A stretch of DNA of 32,000 nt, taken from assembly GCF_001462395.1 (NCBI RefSeq), contig NZ_LNTB01000001.1, forward strand, positions 540,001 to 572,000. The letters run 5' to 3'. The notes beneath the pieces were generated by a model. That model did not search any database. It saw only the letters and a program-made list of their open reading frames with translations, and had not been told where the DNA came from. The translations under genes were made by a program, and so were the position numbers. This DNA comes from Pyrodictium occultum (GTDB taxonomy: Archaea > Thermoproteota > Thermoprotei_A > Sulfolobales > Pyrodictiaceae). Positions 18,600 through 25,851 of this stretch are shown here, one piece after another (the first letter of the stretch is position 1; each line of letters begins with the position of its first letter).

Positions 18600-20753
18600 A
18601 TGAAGAACCTGTCCAGGATAATGCTTGTAGCCTTGATTCTGGAGGTACTGCTGCAGACTTGTGGCATAGCTGCCGCGGGGACCGGGCAGGCCGGCAAAGT
18701 AGTGGAAGTAAACATTCCCAGGCCGCAATCCCTCGCTGAGTACGTCCCGGGCCTGGTGCTGCTGCCCAAGCTAGGTAGGCCTGCCTTCGTAGAGCCCGGC
18801 GGCTCCTTCCAGCTGGTAATCTCCAAGCCCCTACATATAAGGAAGATAGCTATAGATGACGGTTATGGCCACAGTTACGAGTGCAGCTTCGCTCCCGGAA
18901 GCCTAGAGGTAAGGGTTCCAGACACGGCTGTACACGGGCTCTACGACCTCATAATATACGCTGAGGAGGGTGTCTATGGAGAGCCCCACGCGGTTTATGT
19001 AGGGAGTGCCGACGATTTCAAGCCGATGAATATAGTGCATGTTACGGACCGCCACTTCGGGGTAATAAACTCCAACGGTAGGAGTGCAGCCAACTACGAC
19101 TTAGCCGCCGACATTATAGCCATCGGCCTGCCTAACAACACCATAGTGTTCGACACTGGGGATGTGGCGGACACGGCTAAGGACGATGAGTATATGCAGG
19201 CAGTGCTCACAGACATGCTGCTCGACAAGCCGCTGGTAGTGGTGCCCGGCAACCACGATCATGTAGGAGCCTCGGAGAACTTCAAGAAGTACTACGGTCC
19301 TTTCAACCAGACGCTCAGTATCTACGGCCTATACCGTATAGTGATTGTGGACAGCGGCGGAGACGGCTATATAGATGAGGGGCAGGCCCTCTGGGCTAGC
19401 AGCGTGCTAGCAGCCGCGGGCGAGCCCGTCAAGATTGTAGCCTTCCATCACCCCCACTTCACCCACATGTTCGGCGACATACCCTACAGGTTCAACGTGT
19501 CCAGCGGTGAGCAGCTCTACAGGCTCCTCCTAAGCAATAAGCCTAACAGCAGCTACCGATACATATACACCAGCTGGCTCGCCAGCCCCAAGGCGCTGAG
19601 GATACTCGTGGACGGTATATTCTCTGCCAGGGCTAGGGTAGTGCTAGTCCTCTCTGGCCACGTGCACCTAAACTCCTACGCCGAGGTAGTAAGGCCCGAC
19701 GGGAGCCTCATACGCTACGTAGTCACTACAGCCACCGGCGGTAGCGTGAGGCCGGAGGACTACCACGGATTCCGCATAATAACCGTGAGCCCAGATGGCA
19801 GCGTCGAGATACATGGTGAAGGGCCCTACTGGATGCGCCACTCAAGCTTTAACCTAGAGCAAGTCCACGTGAGCTACGTGGAGACGCCCACAGCTGTTAC
19901 TGCTACACTGCTCCTAGGCGACACCAAGGTAGCTAGCTACATGAAGAGGACCATGGTGGCCCTCCACGTGCCGAGGAGCTGGCTCGGCAAGACTGCAGAG
20001 CTGTACCTCCGGGGCCTCGACCACTACCAGCTACGCTGCACGCCCCTGGGCTGCGTGCTCTATGCCTACGCTAACAGGCCCCCGGTTCAGGGCTTCGAGT
20101 ACCAGGCAACACTCTACATAAAGCCGGATAAGGAGCCGCCGGTACTCAGGCTGGAGGGGATAACGCCCTCTAAGCCGCTCCAGGGCCGTCCGGTGGTTCT
20201 GGCAGTCGAGGTCGGCGACGACTCCTGGGGTATAAAGGAGATCTACGCGAAGCTGGAGTACGACGGGAAGACCTTAACGCTAAAGCCGATGGTTATGGGG
20301 GGCACTGCGCGGTTCGTCATACCCCCGCTCAAGGCCGGCAAGGTGAAGGTCACAATAGTGGCCGTCGACGCCTCCGGCAAAGCCTCGTATCTGACTCGTG
20401 TAATAGAGTACCGGGCCTTCACCACGTCTGTAACAAGGGCTACCACCACGCATGAAGCAGCTACAACAACTACATCTACCATGCACACCGGCACCACTAC
20501 CGCGGCAGCCGCGGCTAAAACCAGCACAGCATCCACATCGGCTACAGCGTCAACACCTGCTACACAGGAAGCCGCGCATACGACGGCCAGTCAGCCTTTC
20601 AGCCCAACACTGACAGTGCCCCAGCTCGTGGCAAGCAGCCCGGGCTCCTCGAGCACGGCCGCGCAGCCGGCGGGGAGCTCCAGCACCACGCTGTTGGTGG
20701 CAATCCTGGTGGCAGCTGTCCTAGCGGCCTTCACAGTGCTTGCTAGGCGCTAG
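18600..20753 (+). CDS. Extracellular membrane-anchored metallophosphoesterase (calcineurin-like)
   Basis: 717 aa. After a signal peptide come the metallophosphoesterase motifs, in order: HVTDRHFG, TGDVAD, PGNHDH, FHHPHF, SGHVHLN. Beta-rich domains, a Thr/Ser/Ala-rich linker and a C-terminal TM (LLVAILVAAVLAAFTVLA-RR) follow. Confidence 0.85.
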   Translation: MKNLSRIMLVALILEVLLQTCGIAAAGTGQAGKVVEVNIPRPQSLAEYVPGLVLLPKLGRPAFVEPGGSFQLVISKPLHIRKIAIDDGYGHSYECSFAPGSLEVRVPDTAVHGLYDLIIYAEEGVYGEPHAVYVGSADDFKPMNIVHVTDRHFGVINSNGRSAANYDLAADIIAIGLPNNTIVFDTGDVADTAKDDEYMQAVLTDMLLDKPLVVVPGNHDHVGASENFKKYYGPFNQTLSIYGLYRIVIVDSGGDGYIDEGQALWASSVLAAAGEPVKIVAFHHPHFTHMFGDIPYRFNVSSGEQLYRLLLSNKPNSSYRYIYTSWLASPKALRILVDGIFSARARVVLVLSGHVHLNSYAEVVRPDGSLIRYVVTTATGGSVRPEDYHGFRIITVSPDGSVEIHGEGPYWMRHSSFNLEQVHVSYVETPTAVTATLLLGDTKVASYMKRTMVALHVPRSWLGKTAELYLRGLDHYQLRCTPLGCVLYAYANRPPVQGFEYQATLYIKPDKEPPVLRLEGITPSKPLQGRPVVLAVEVGDDSWGIKEIYAKLEYDGKTLTLKPMVMGGTARFVIPPLKAGKVKVTIVAVDASGKASYLTRVIEYRAFTTSVTRATTTHEAATTTTSTMHTGTTTAAAAAKTSTASTSATASTPATQEAAHTTASQPFSPTLTVPQLVASSPGSSSTAAQPAGSSSTTLLVAILVAAVLAAFTVLARR

Positions 20754-21220
20754 CATAGCCTAGCCACGTAGGGAGCCCCCCTTTCAAGGTACTTTTTGAA
20801 CAGGAACTCGCTAGCCTCATGCACCTCTACAATGTTGGGGACCCCGAGGACCCGGTAGGGGCTGTCTCCCAACAAGCTTCTCAGCATGCCGGCTGCAAGC
20901 CTCTCCGCTACCCCCTCGAGGCTGGATGGGTTAGGGCCCTGGGGGCAGTCTATGATCAGGTCTATGTCCTTGTCCCCGAGGCCGGTGCTAGGCTCTCCCC
21001 CATGCAGGTCGGTCATGTAGACGCGACAGCCCAGGATCCGGCAGAGGCATGAGGCTATCGACTGTGCTATGATTCGCTTAGCCCTCTGCCACTCAAAGGT
21101 CTCCCAGAGGGTGGATGCGTGTGTAAGCCTGCGGGCGGCCTCTAGGAGGACGGCTATACTCTTAGCCGCGCGGCCCAGCTCCCCGGCGATGCAGCTCTCG
21201 AGGTCCTTCTCAGAGCCCAC
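20750..21220 (-). CDS. Predicted minimal nucleotidyltransferase-fold protein, paralog B of a tandem pair
   Basis: The core DLHGGEPSTGLGDKDIDLIIDC..IVEVHEAS resembles the Pol-beta superfamily hG[GS]..D-h-D-h..E pattern. It aligns along its length with the upstream gene. I start it at GTG 21220 (VGSEKDLES..), which parallels MGEKGWQT.. of the paralog. The ORF stays open to ATG 21319, but that start would overlap the upstream gene by 47 nt and add a Gly/Arg/Ser-rich head. Confidence 0.55.
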   Translation of the reverse strand: MGSEKDLESCIAGELGRAAKSIAVLLEAARRLTHASTLWETFEWQRAKRIIAQSIASCLCRILGCRVYMTDLHGGEPSTGLGDKDIDLIIDCPQGPNPSSLEGVAERLAAGMLRSLLGDSPYRVLGVPNIVEVHEASEFLFKKYLERGAPYVARLC

Positions 21221-21272
21221 AGCTCTCCGAGCCGTGGGCTCTGGAGTCCTCCGCGGGTATTCTTGGCTATGC

Positions 21273-21758
21273 TTAGAGGTTCCCCCGCCCCGTCCCCGGC
21301 CGTGGGAGGAGCTGGACACTGTGGCCCGGCAGGGTCCGGGAGCCGTAGACCCCGCGGGCTGCTATGTGTACCTCGAAGAGGCTGGGGCTTGTGGTATACA
21401 CTTGCACCTCTATAGCGGCCATCTCGGCCAGCCTGGATAGGAGAGCCTCCAGCGTCGCCTCGACCTCCTCCAGATCCACGCGCATAGCCCTATCGTCGAG
21501 GTCGACTACAAGATCCACGTCCCTGCCCGCATAGGAGTCTGCGAGTTCTAGGTAGTAGACGCTCTTGACCAAGCCGGGCAGCAGCCTCGAGAGACACTCT
21601 GCCGCTACGTTTGCGGCCCGGCGCTTGAACGCCGCCCACTCCAGGAGGAAGAGGTCGAAAGGCTCCCTGCTGCGGGGGAGGCTGGAGCGCAGCCCTCTGA
21701 AGCGCTCTAGGCACTCCTCTATCTCAGGGTCCAGCGTCTGCCAGCCCTTCTCTCCCAC
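21273..21758 (-). CDS. Predicted minimal nucleotidyltransferase-fold protein, paralog A of a tandem pair
   Basis: 161 aa with a GTG start. LEWAAFKRRAANVAAECLSRLLPG..ELADSYAGRDVDLVVDL..LFEVHIAA parallels FEWQRAKRIIAQSIASCLCRILG..DLHGG..GDKDIDLIIDC..IVEVHEAS in the downstream gene. The Gly-Ser motif is degenerate (DS). Confidence 0.55.
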   Translation of the reverse strand: MGEKGWQTLDPEIEECLERFRGLRSSLPRSREPFDLFLLEWAAFKRRAANVAAECLSRLLPGLVKSVYYLELADSYAGRDVDLVVDLDDRAMRVDLEEVEATLEALLSRLAEMAAIEVQVYTTSPSLFEVHIAARGVYGSRTLPGHSVQLLPRPGTGRGNL

Positions 21759-21902
21759 CCTTAGTCCCCGGGCTGAATACTACAGCAGCTACCCGGGTTA
21801 TACCGGCTACCCTATTACCGGCGGGGCCCGGGAGCCCATAGTGGGAGAGGGGCCCGTAAGAGCGGCGGCCGAGATGAGGAAGCATAGAGGGGCACAGGCA
21901 GG

Positions 21903-22802
21903 ATGGTACTGCTTGCGCTGACGTACAGAAAGCTCGTTGATAGAGACTTCAAGGTACTATCCGTCATAGAGAGGGAGATGCCCAGGTACGAGTACGTCCC
22001 AGTCGAGGTCATAGAGCGGCGGCTCCGCATGCCATCAATCCATGTGGCCATGAGCCTCCAGAAGCTCAACAGGCTCAAGCTGGTTAAACGCAGGATTGGA
22101 GAGTACACCGGCTACCGCCTAACCTACATGGGACTAGACATGCTTGCCCTTCACTCCCTCGTTGAGCGCGGGATCCTCCAAGCCCTAGGCGACACCCTGG
22201 GTGTTGGCAAGGAGAGCGACGTCTACTCCGGTTTGACCCCCAACGGGGAAAGGGTGATAGTGAAGTTCCACCGGGCTGGGAGGACGAGCTTCCATCGTAT
22301 AGTGAGGGTCCGGCACTATGCTGCAGAAAAGCCCTACTCTTCATGGCTCCAGCTGGCCAAGCTCGCGGGGCAGAGGGAGTACCGAGCCCTTGAAGAGCTG
22401 TACCGCGTCGGCGCCCTCGTGCCGAGGCCCCTGGGCTACAGCCGCCATGCCGTGGTCACCGAGTACATCGAGGGGGTCGAGCTCTACATGTACAAGGAGG
22501 TTGTCGACCCCGAGTCCATGCTCAGGGATATAATGGATACTCTTAGGAAGGCATACCTCGAGGTTGGGATAGTCCACGGGGACCTCAGCGAGTACAATAT
22601 CCTAGTCGTCCTCGAGGACGACCGGGAGCGCCCCTACATAATAGACTGGCCCCAGTACGTGGAGAGGGATCATCCCTCCGCGGAGCAGCTCCTCCGCAGG
22701 GATGTAGAGTACGTGGCGCGCTTCTTCCGCAAAAGGTATGGTGTTGCGGCTGATACGAGGAAACTCATTAAATACGTGAAGGGCGAGGCGGATTCTATCT
22801 GA
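21903..22802 (+). CDS. rio2: RIO-type serine/threonine protein kinase Rio2 (N-terminal winged helix plus RIO domain)
   Basis: 299 aa. The N-terminal wHTH is FKVLSVIEREM..YVPVEVIERR..LQKLNRLKLVKR. The RIO domain shows LGVGKESDVYSG, VIVKFHRAGRTSF, the catalytic loop IVHGDLSEYNILV and IIDWPQ. Confidence 0.9.
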   Translation: MVLLALTYRKLVDRDFKVLSVIEREMPRYEYVPVEVIERRLRMPSIHVAMSLQKLNRLKLVKRRIGEYTGYRLTYMGLDMLALHSLVERGILQALGDTLGVGKESDVYSGLTPNGERVIVKFHRAGRTSFHRIVRVRHYAAEKPYSSWLQLAKLAGQREYRALEELYRVGALVPRPLGYSRHAVVTEYIEGVELYMYKEVVDPESMLRDIMDTLRKAYLEVGIVHGDLSEYNILVVLEDDRERPYIIDWPQYVERDHPSAEQLLRRDVEYVARFFRKRYGVAADTRKLIKYVKGEADSI

Positions 22803-22836
22803 GCATGCATAGCGTACTGTCATTATTGTAGATTGT

Positions 22837-22892
22837 CTTCATAGCTAAAATTCCCGGTAAATAGTAGCGCTTGCTACCACCTAGCTATGAAG
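22837..22892. repeat. Perfect 11-bp inverted repeat (CTTCATAGCTA / TAGCTATGAAG) with a nested 5-bp hairpin, upstream of the ArsR-family gene
   Basis: The arms are 22837-22847 and 22882-22892, with a 34-nt spacer. An inner GTAGC/GCTAC stem lies at 22864-22868 / 22873-22877. The repeat sits just upstream of the TATA-like CTAAAAAG (22900-22907) and 35 nt after the rio2 stop. Confidence 0.7.
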
Positions 22893-22944
22893 CGAAGCGC
22901 TAAAAAGTACAAACCCCGATAGTCCTGCTACGTGGGTGGAGTGA

Positions 22945-23301
22945 ATGGCTGCGTTGGAGCAGAGCGAGGTAAGGCGCCCGGTTGAGGCATCGCATGAGGG
23001 GATAGTTGAGAAGGATGGCGTTCTCATAGTGTCCGGGGAGGAGTACATCTATCGGGTGTGCAGCGCGCTCGCAAGCCCAACGAGGATTAGGATACTGACG
23101 GAGCTGCTTAAGAGGGAGGCCGATATAGGAGAGATAGCCGAGATAATAAACCAGAGCAAGGCTAACGCGTCGACGCAGGTGAGGAGGCTAGAGGAGATAG
23201 GCCTAGTGCGCTCCGAGTACAAGCCTGGAGTGAGAGGGGTAAGGAAGGTAGTGAAAACAACGGTGCGGGAGATAAGGATAATCCTAGAGCCCGAGAGTTA
23301 G
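22945..23301 (+). CDS. ArsR/SmtB-family winged-helix transcriptional regulator
   Basis: 118 aa. ALASPTRIRILTELLKREADIGEIAEIINQSKANASTQVRRLEEIGLVRSE is the classic ArsR HTH pattern. Confidence 0.8.
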   Translation: MAALEQSEVRRPVEASHEGIVEKDGVLIVSGEEYIYRVCSALASPTRIRILTELLKREADIGEIAEIINQSKANASTQVRRLEEIGLVRSEYKPGVRGVRKVVKTTVREIRIILEPES

Positions 23302-23894
23302 GACCTTGTTTTTGCGCCCTCCCTCCGGCAGCTCTCCAGCCGGGCCCTCTCCAGCACCTCGAGGAACTGGCGTAAATCCCTATCCATATAGGCTACGAAC
23401 ACCACGGTCTGCGGGTTGCTGCTCTTCTTCCAGTGCTCGTCTAAGGCCTCGAGCATGGCTTCCATGCTCTCTCTTGCTTCAAGGCCTCCAACCCCAGCCC
23501 CCATAGCGGGGAATGCTACGCAGCTGGCCCCCTTCTCCTTCGCTGTATCGAGCGCTGCCCTGGTAGCCCTGACCACCTTGGACACCGTAGTCCTCATAGC
23601 GGGCCTCTCCATGGTCGGTGCGTGTATTATCATTCTTATCCGCGGCTCGAGCCTCCCCGCCCCCGTGGCCACTGCCTTCCCGACCGGCACTGGGGCGTAT
23701 CTCTTAGCCTCCTCCTCGACCTCTGGGCCTGCGGCTCTCTTCAGGGCACCGGCTACCCCGCCACCCATGTACATGAGGCTGTTGGCTGGGTTTACTACAG
23801 CGTCGCATTCTATCTCGGTTATATCTCCCTTAGCCACAATTATCTTGCGGTCACCGCATCCTATCTCCTTTACGAACTTTACGCCGGGCGCCAC
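23298..23894 (-). CDS. Macro-domain protein (ADP-ribose binding / O-acetyl-ADP-ribose deacetylase-like, AF1521 type)
   Basis: 198 aa. The motifs are IIVAKGDITEIECDAVVNPANSLMYMGGGVAGAL, IIHAPT and VAFPAMGAGVGG (macro-domain diphosphate loops). It converges on the ArsR-family gene with a 4-nt overlap. Confidence 0.9.
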   Translation of the reverse strand: MAPGVKFVKEIGCGDRKIIVAKGDITEIECDAVVNPANSLMYMGGGVAGALKRAAGPEVEEEAKRYAPVPVGKAVATGAGRLEPRIRMIIHAPTMERPAMRTTVSKVVRATRAALDTAKEKGASCVAFPAMGAGVGGLEARESMEAMLEALDEHWKKSSNPQTVVFVAYMDRDLRQFLEVLERARLESCRREGAKTRS

Positions 23895-24030
23895 GGTGAT
23901 CTCCCTCCATACCTCGGCTTGGAGGCTGATATAACCCTGGGCGTGGCAGGGCCCTTGGGGCCTGGTATGAAGTTTTATAACGCCCTAAGCCTGTCAGCCC
24001 CCTAGACATGGGTCCTGCAGGGCAGCGGGC

Positions 24031-24108
24031 GGGCCCGTCGTCTAGCCTGGTTAGGACGCCGCCCTGACACGGCGGAGGTCCGGGGTTCAAATCCCCGCGG
24101 GCCCACCA
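24031..24108 (+). tRNA. tRNA-Val (anticodon GAC), CCA encoded, no intron
   Basis: GGGCCCG-TC-GTCT-AGCCTGGTTA-GGAC-G-CCGCC-CTGACAC-GGCGG-AGGTC-CGGGG-TTCAAAT-CCCCG-CGGGCCC-A-CCA. This is a perfect cloverleaf of 78 nt. The TATA-like TTTTATAA lies ~50 nt upstream. Confidence 0.95.
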
Positions 24109-24239
24109 TCGCCCCAGCCTCCTCCACGGCCCGCCAAGCCCTCACCGCGTGCCAGGCCTGGACTCGATACTTATTACAGCCTCTTCAATGGCTTACGCCA
24201 CCCGGCGTTCGGGGTGTCTGCGAACCCCGCTGAGCCTTC

Positions 24240-24314
24240 GTGATGAGGGGCTGAGCGGGAAGCCCTCCACACGTCTACGCTGTGTGGAGGGGATGCTTCC
24301 CTAGGCCTCATCAC
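24240..24314 (+). repeat. 75-nt imperfect palindrome / hairpin with 25 Watson-Crick pairs
   Basis: The pairings are 24240-24248 with 24306-24314 (9 bp), 24257-24262 with 24296-24301 (6 bp), and 24263-24272 with 24282-24291 (10 bp, 9-nt loop). A duplicate 3' arm, CCCTCATCA, lies at 24323-24331. Confidence 0.75.
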
Positions 24315-24350
24315 CTAGGATGCCCTCATCATCTCAGGGGGTATCGCTGT

Positions 24351-25421
24351 TTGCAGGAGCGTAGGCGCGTGCAGGTTACGGGTGGAGGCTCTTACGTGGT
24401 AACGCTGCCTAAGGAGTGGATAAGGCTCCATGGTATAGGCAAGGGCTCCGAGGTGCTAATGAGGCTCGAGCCCGATGGATCCCTCCGCTTGGCGCCCGCG
24501 GGAGGGCGGCAGCGCCGGCCGGTCACGGCCAGGATCAAGGTGGAGGAGGGGTGGAGCTTCTGGCAGATAGTTAGAAGGGTGATCTCCCACTATATCGCGG
24601 GCGCCGATATCATAGAAGTGGTCTTTGGCAGTGCCCCGGGCCCTCAGATAGCCAGGCAGCTCCGCGGGTTTATAGGCAGCAGGCTCATCGGGGTAGAGGT
24701 TGTCGAGGAGTCATCCTCCTCCATAGTGCTCCAGGTTATAGCCGACACAGCGAGTCTTCCACTCGAGACATCGCTGCGGCGCCTCATAAAGACCGTCGAG
24801 TTCATGCTAGAGGACGTGATAACCGGCCTCCGCCGCAGCCTCCGTGATGTACTAGTCGAGGTTGAGGAGAGAGACGACGTAGTAGACAAGTTCTACATGT
24901 TCATTTCGAGGCAGCTCACCAGCGTCCTGGCGGGGTACAGGCTGCCGAGCGAGATAGGGCTCTCGAGCCTAGCGGACGCCAGTATAATCATGATGGCCGC
25001 TAAGCACCTTGAGAGGTCTGGAGACCACGTCTCCAGGATAGCGTCTACTGCTATAGAGCTGCTTAACCACGGCATAGACTTTAGCAGGGGATGCCTGGCC
25101 CCGCTGCCCGGTCATCTTGAAGAGATTGCGGAGCAGTACCGCCTAGCCACCTCCACCTTCCTAGAGCCCAGCCCCTCCCGCGCTGATGAGGGGATAGAGA
25201 AGGGTATGGAGATTCGTAGGAGGAACGAGGAGCTGCTCAAGACCATTAACTGTGATAGGGAGTGGGAGCATAAGCCCATAGTAGTAGCGCTGGTCAGGAA
25301 CATTATTGAGAGCAGTAAAAGGCTGGTGGACTACAGTATAGACCTACTGGAGCTCTCACTGAACCGCTCAATACTCCATGAACTCCTGGGAGAGGGGCTG
25401 AGAGGACAGGAGGGCGCGTAG
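24351..25421 (+). CDS. AbrB/SpoVT-domain plus PhoU-domain regulator (archaeal phosphate-uptake-regulator-like)
   Basis: RRVQVTGGGSYVVTLPKEWIRLHGIGKGSEVLMRLEPDGSLRLAP is an AbrB-type swapped-hairpin domain. The rest is helical with PhoU-like repeats (ERDDVVDKFYMFISRQL, HLERSGDHVSRIA). I start it at TTG 24351, which is preceded by the SD-like GGGGGT (24337-24342). The ORF is open to GTG 24282, but that extension lies inside the palindrome. Confidence 0.85.
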   Translation: MQERRRVQVTGGGSYVVTLPKEWIRLHGIGKGSEVLMRLEPDGSLRLAPAGGRQRRPVTARIKVEEGWSFWQIVRRVISHYIAGADIIEVVFGSAPGPQIARQLRGFIGSRLIGVEVVEESSSSIVLQVIADTASLPLETSLRRLIKTVEFMLEDVITGLRRSLRDVLVEVEERDDVVDKFYMFISRQLTSVLAGYRLPSEIGLSSLADASIIMMAAKHLERSGDHVSRIASTAIELLNHGIDFSRGCLAPLPGHLEEIAEQYRLATSTFLEPSPSRADEGIEKGMEIRRRNEELLKTINCDREWEHKPIVVALVRNIIESSKRLVDYSIDLLELSLNRSILHELLGEGLRGQEGA

Positions 25422-25429
25422 ATTTATAG
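25422..25429 (+). promoter_or_regulatory. TATA box (ATTTATAG) for the Sm-like gene
   Basis: It lies immediately after the PhoU-like stop. It is followed by a 7-bp hairpin (25450-25456 / 25463-25469) and a strong SD, GGAGGTG (25489-25495), 4 nt before ATG 25500. Confidence 0.55.
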
Positions 25430-25499
25430 CTCTGGGCGCTCCGGGCTAGCAGCATGGCAATACATGCTGTTATTGAGCGTTTTTGGGCGGAGGTGCATT

Positions 25500-25790
25500 A
25501 TGGCTATGTCGCAGCGCCAGCGCGTCAGGATGGTCAGCCCTCTAAGGGTGCTAAAGGAGGCCGTGGGAAGGGTTATACTGGTGAAGCTAAAGGATGGCAG
25601 CGAGTACATAGGGAAGCTCGATGCAACCGATTCCACGATGAACCTTGTTCTAGACGAATGCGTTGAGCTGAAGCCCGGCACTATGGAGCCTAAGGTGAAG
25701 TATGGTAGGGTGCTGATACGCGGAAGCCACGTGGTATACGTGAGCGTCGACTACGAGATTGCGGCCGGCGGCTCGCTGCCCATAGGCTAG
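25500..25790 (+). CDS. Sm-like (LSm) archaeal RNA-binding protein
   Basis: Sm1 is [40 protein letters not shown] and Sm2 is [15 protein letters not shown]. The ATG 25500 start is chosen for its SD; an in-frame ATG 25464 is also possible. Confidence 0.85.
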   Translation: MAMSQRQRVRMVSPLRVLKEAVGRVILVKLKDGSEYIGKLDATDSTMNLVLDECVELKPGTMEPKVKYGRVLIRGSHVVYVSVDYEIAAGGSLPIG

Positions 25791-25796
25791 AGCCGC

Positions 25797-25851
25797 CCGT
25801 CTCGGCAGCCGACTACGCCTTTAAGGTCCAGCAGCAGCGCCCCCGAGACGG
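25797..25851. repeat. Perfect 9-bp inverted repeat (CCGTCTCGG / CCGAGACGG) bracketing the metK TATA box and touching its start codon
   Basis: The arms are 25797-25805 and 25843-25851. The 37-nt spacer contains the TATA-like CCTTTAAGG (25818-25826). Confidence 0.7.
25818..25826 (+). promoter_or_regulatory. TATA box for metK (leaderless arrangement)
   Basis: CCTTTAAGG is centred ~29 nt upstream of GTG 25851. Confidence 0.55.

Noticed and set aside
21273-21319. The 47-nt overlap of the two nucleotidyltransferase-like ORFs read as a frameshifted single gene or pseudogene.
   Set aside because: Both ORFs independently contain a complete copy of the same domain pattern. A GTG at 21220 gives a paralogous N-terminus (VGSEK vs MGEK) and removes the overlap. 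Two genes is the simpler model.
22945-23894. The ArsR-family regulator plus macro-domain gene read as a DarTG-like toxin-antitoxin or ADP-ribosylation defence pair.
   Set aside because: The genes are convergent and so not an operon. No DarT/ART-like toxin ORF is present, and the macro protein is the common stand-alone AF1521 type.
24282-24350. A GTG 24282 start, giving the PhoU-like protein the N-terminal extension MWRGCFPRPHHLGCPHHLRGYRC.
   Set aside because: The extension is encoded by the palindrome and direct-repeat arms, which explains the repeated PHHL. It has no counterpart in AbrB-PhoU proteins as I know them. TTG 24351 has an SD-like GGGGGT 8 nt upstream and yields the usual M-x-x-R-R-V-Q-x-T-G-G N-terminus.
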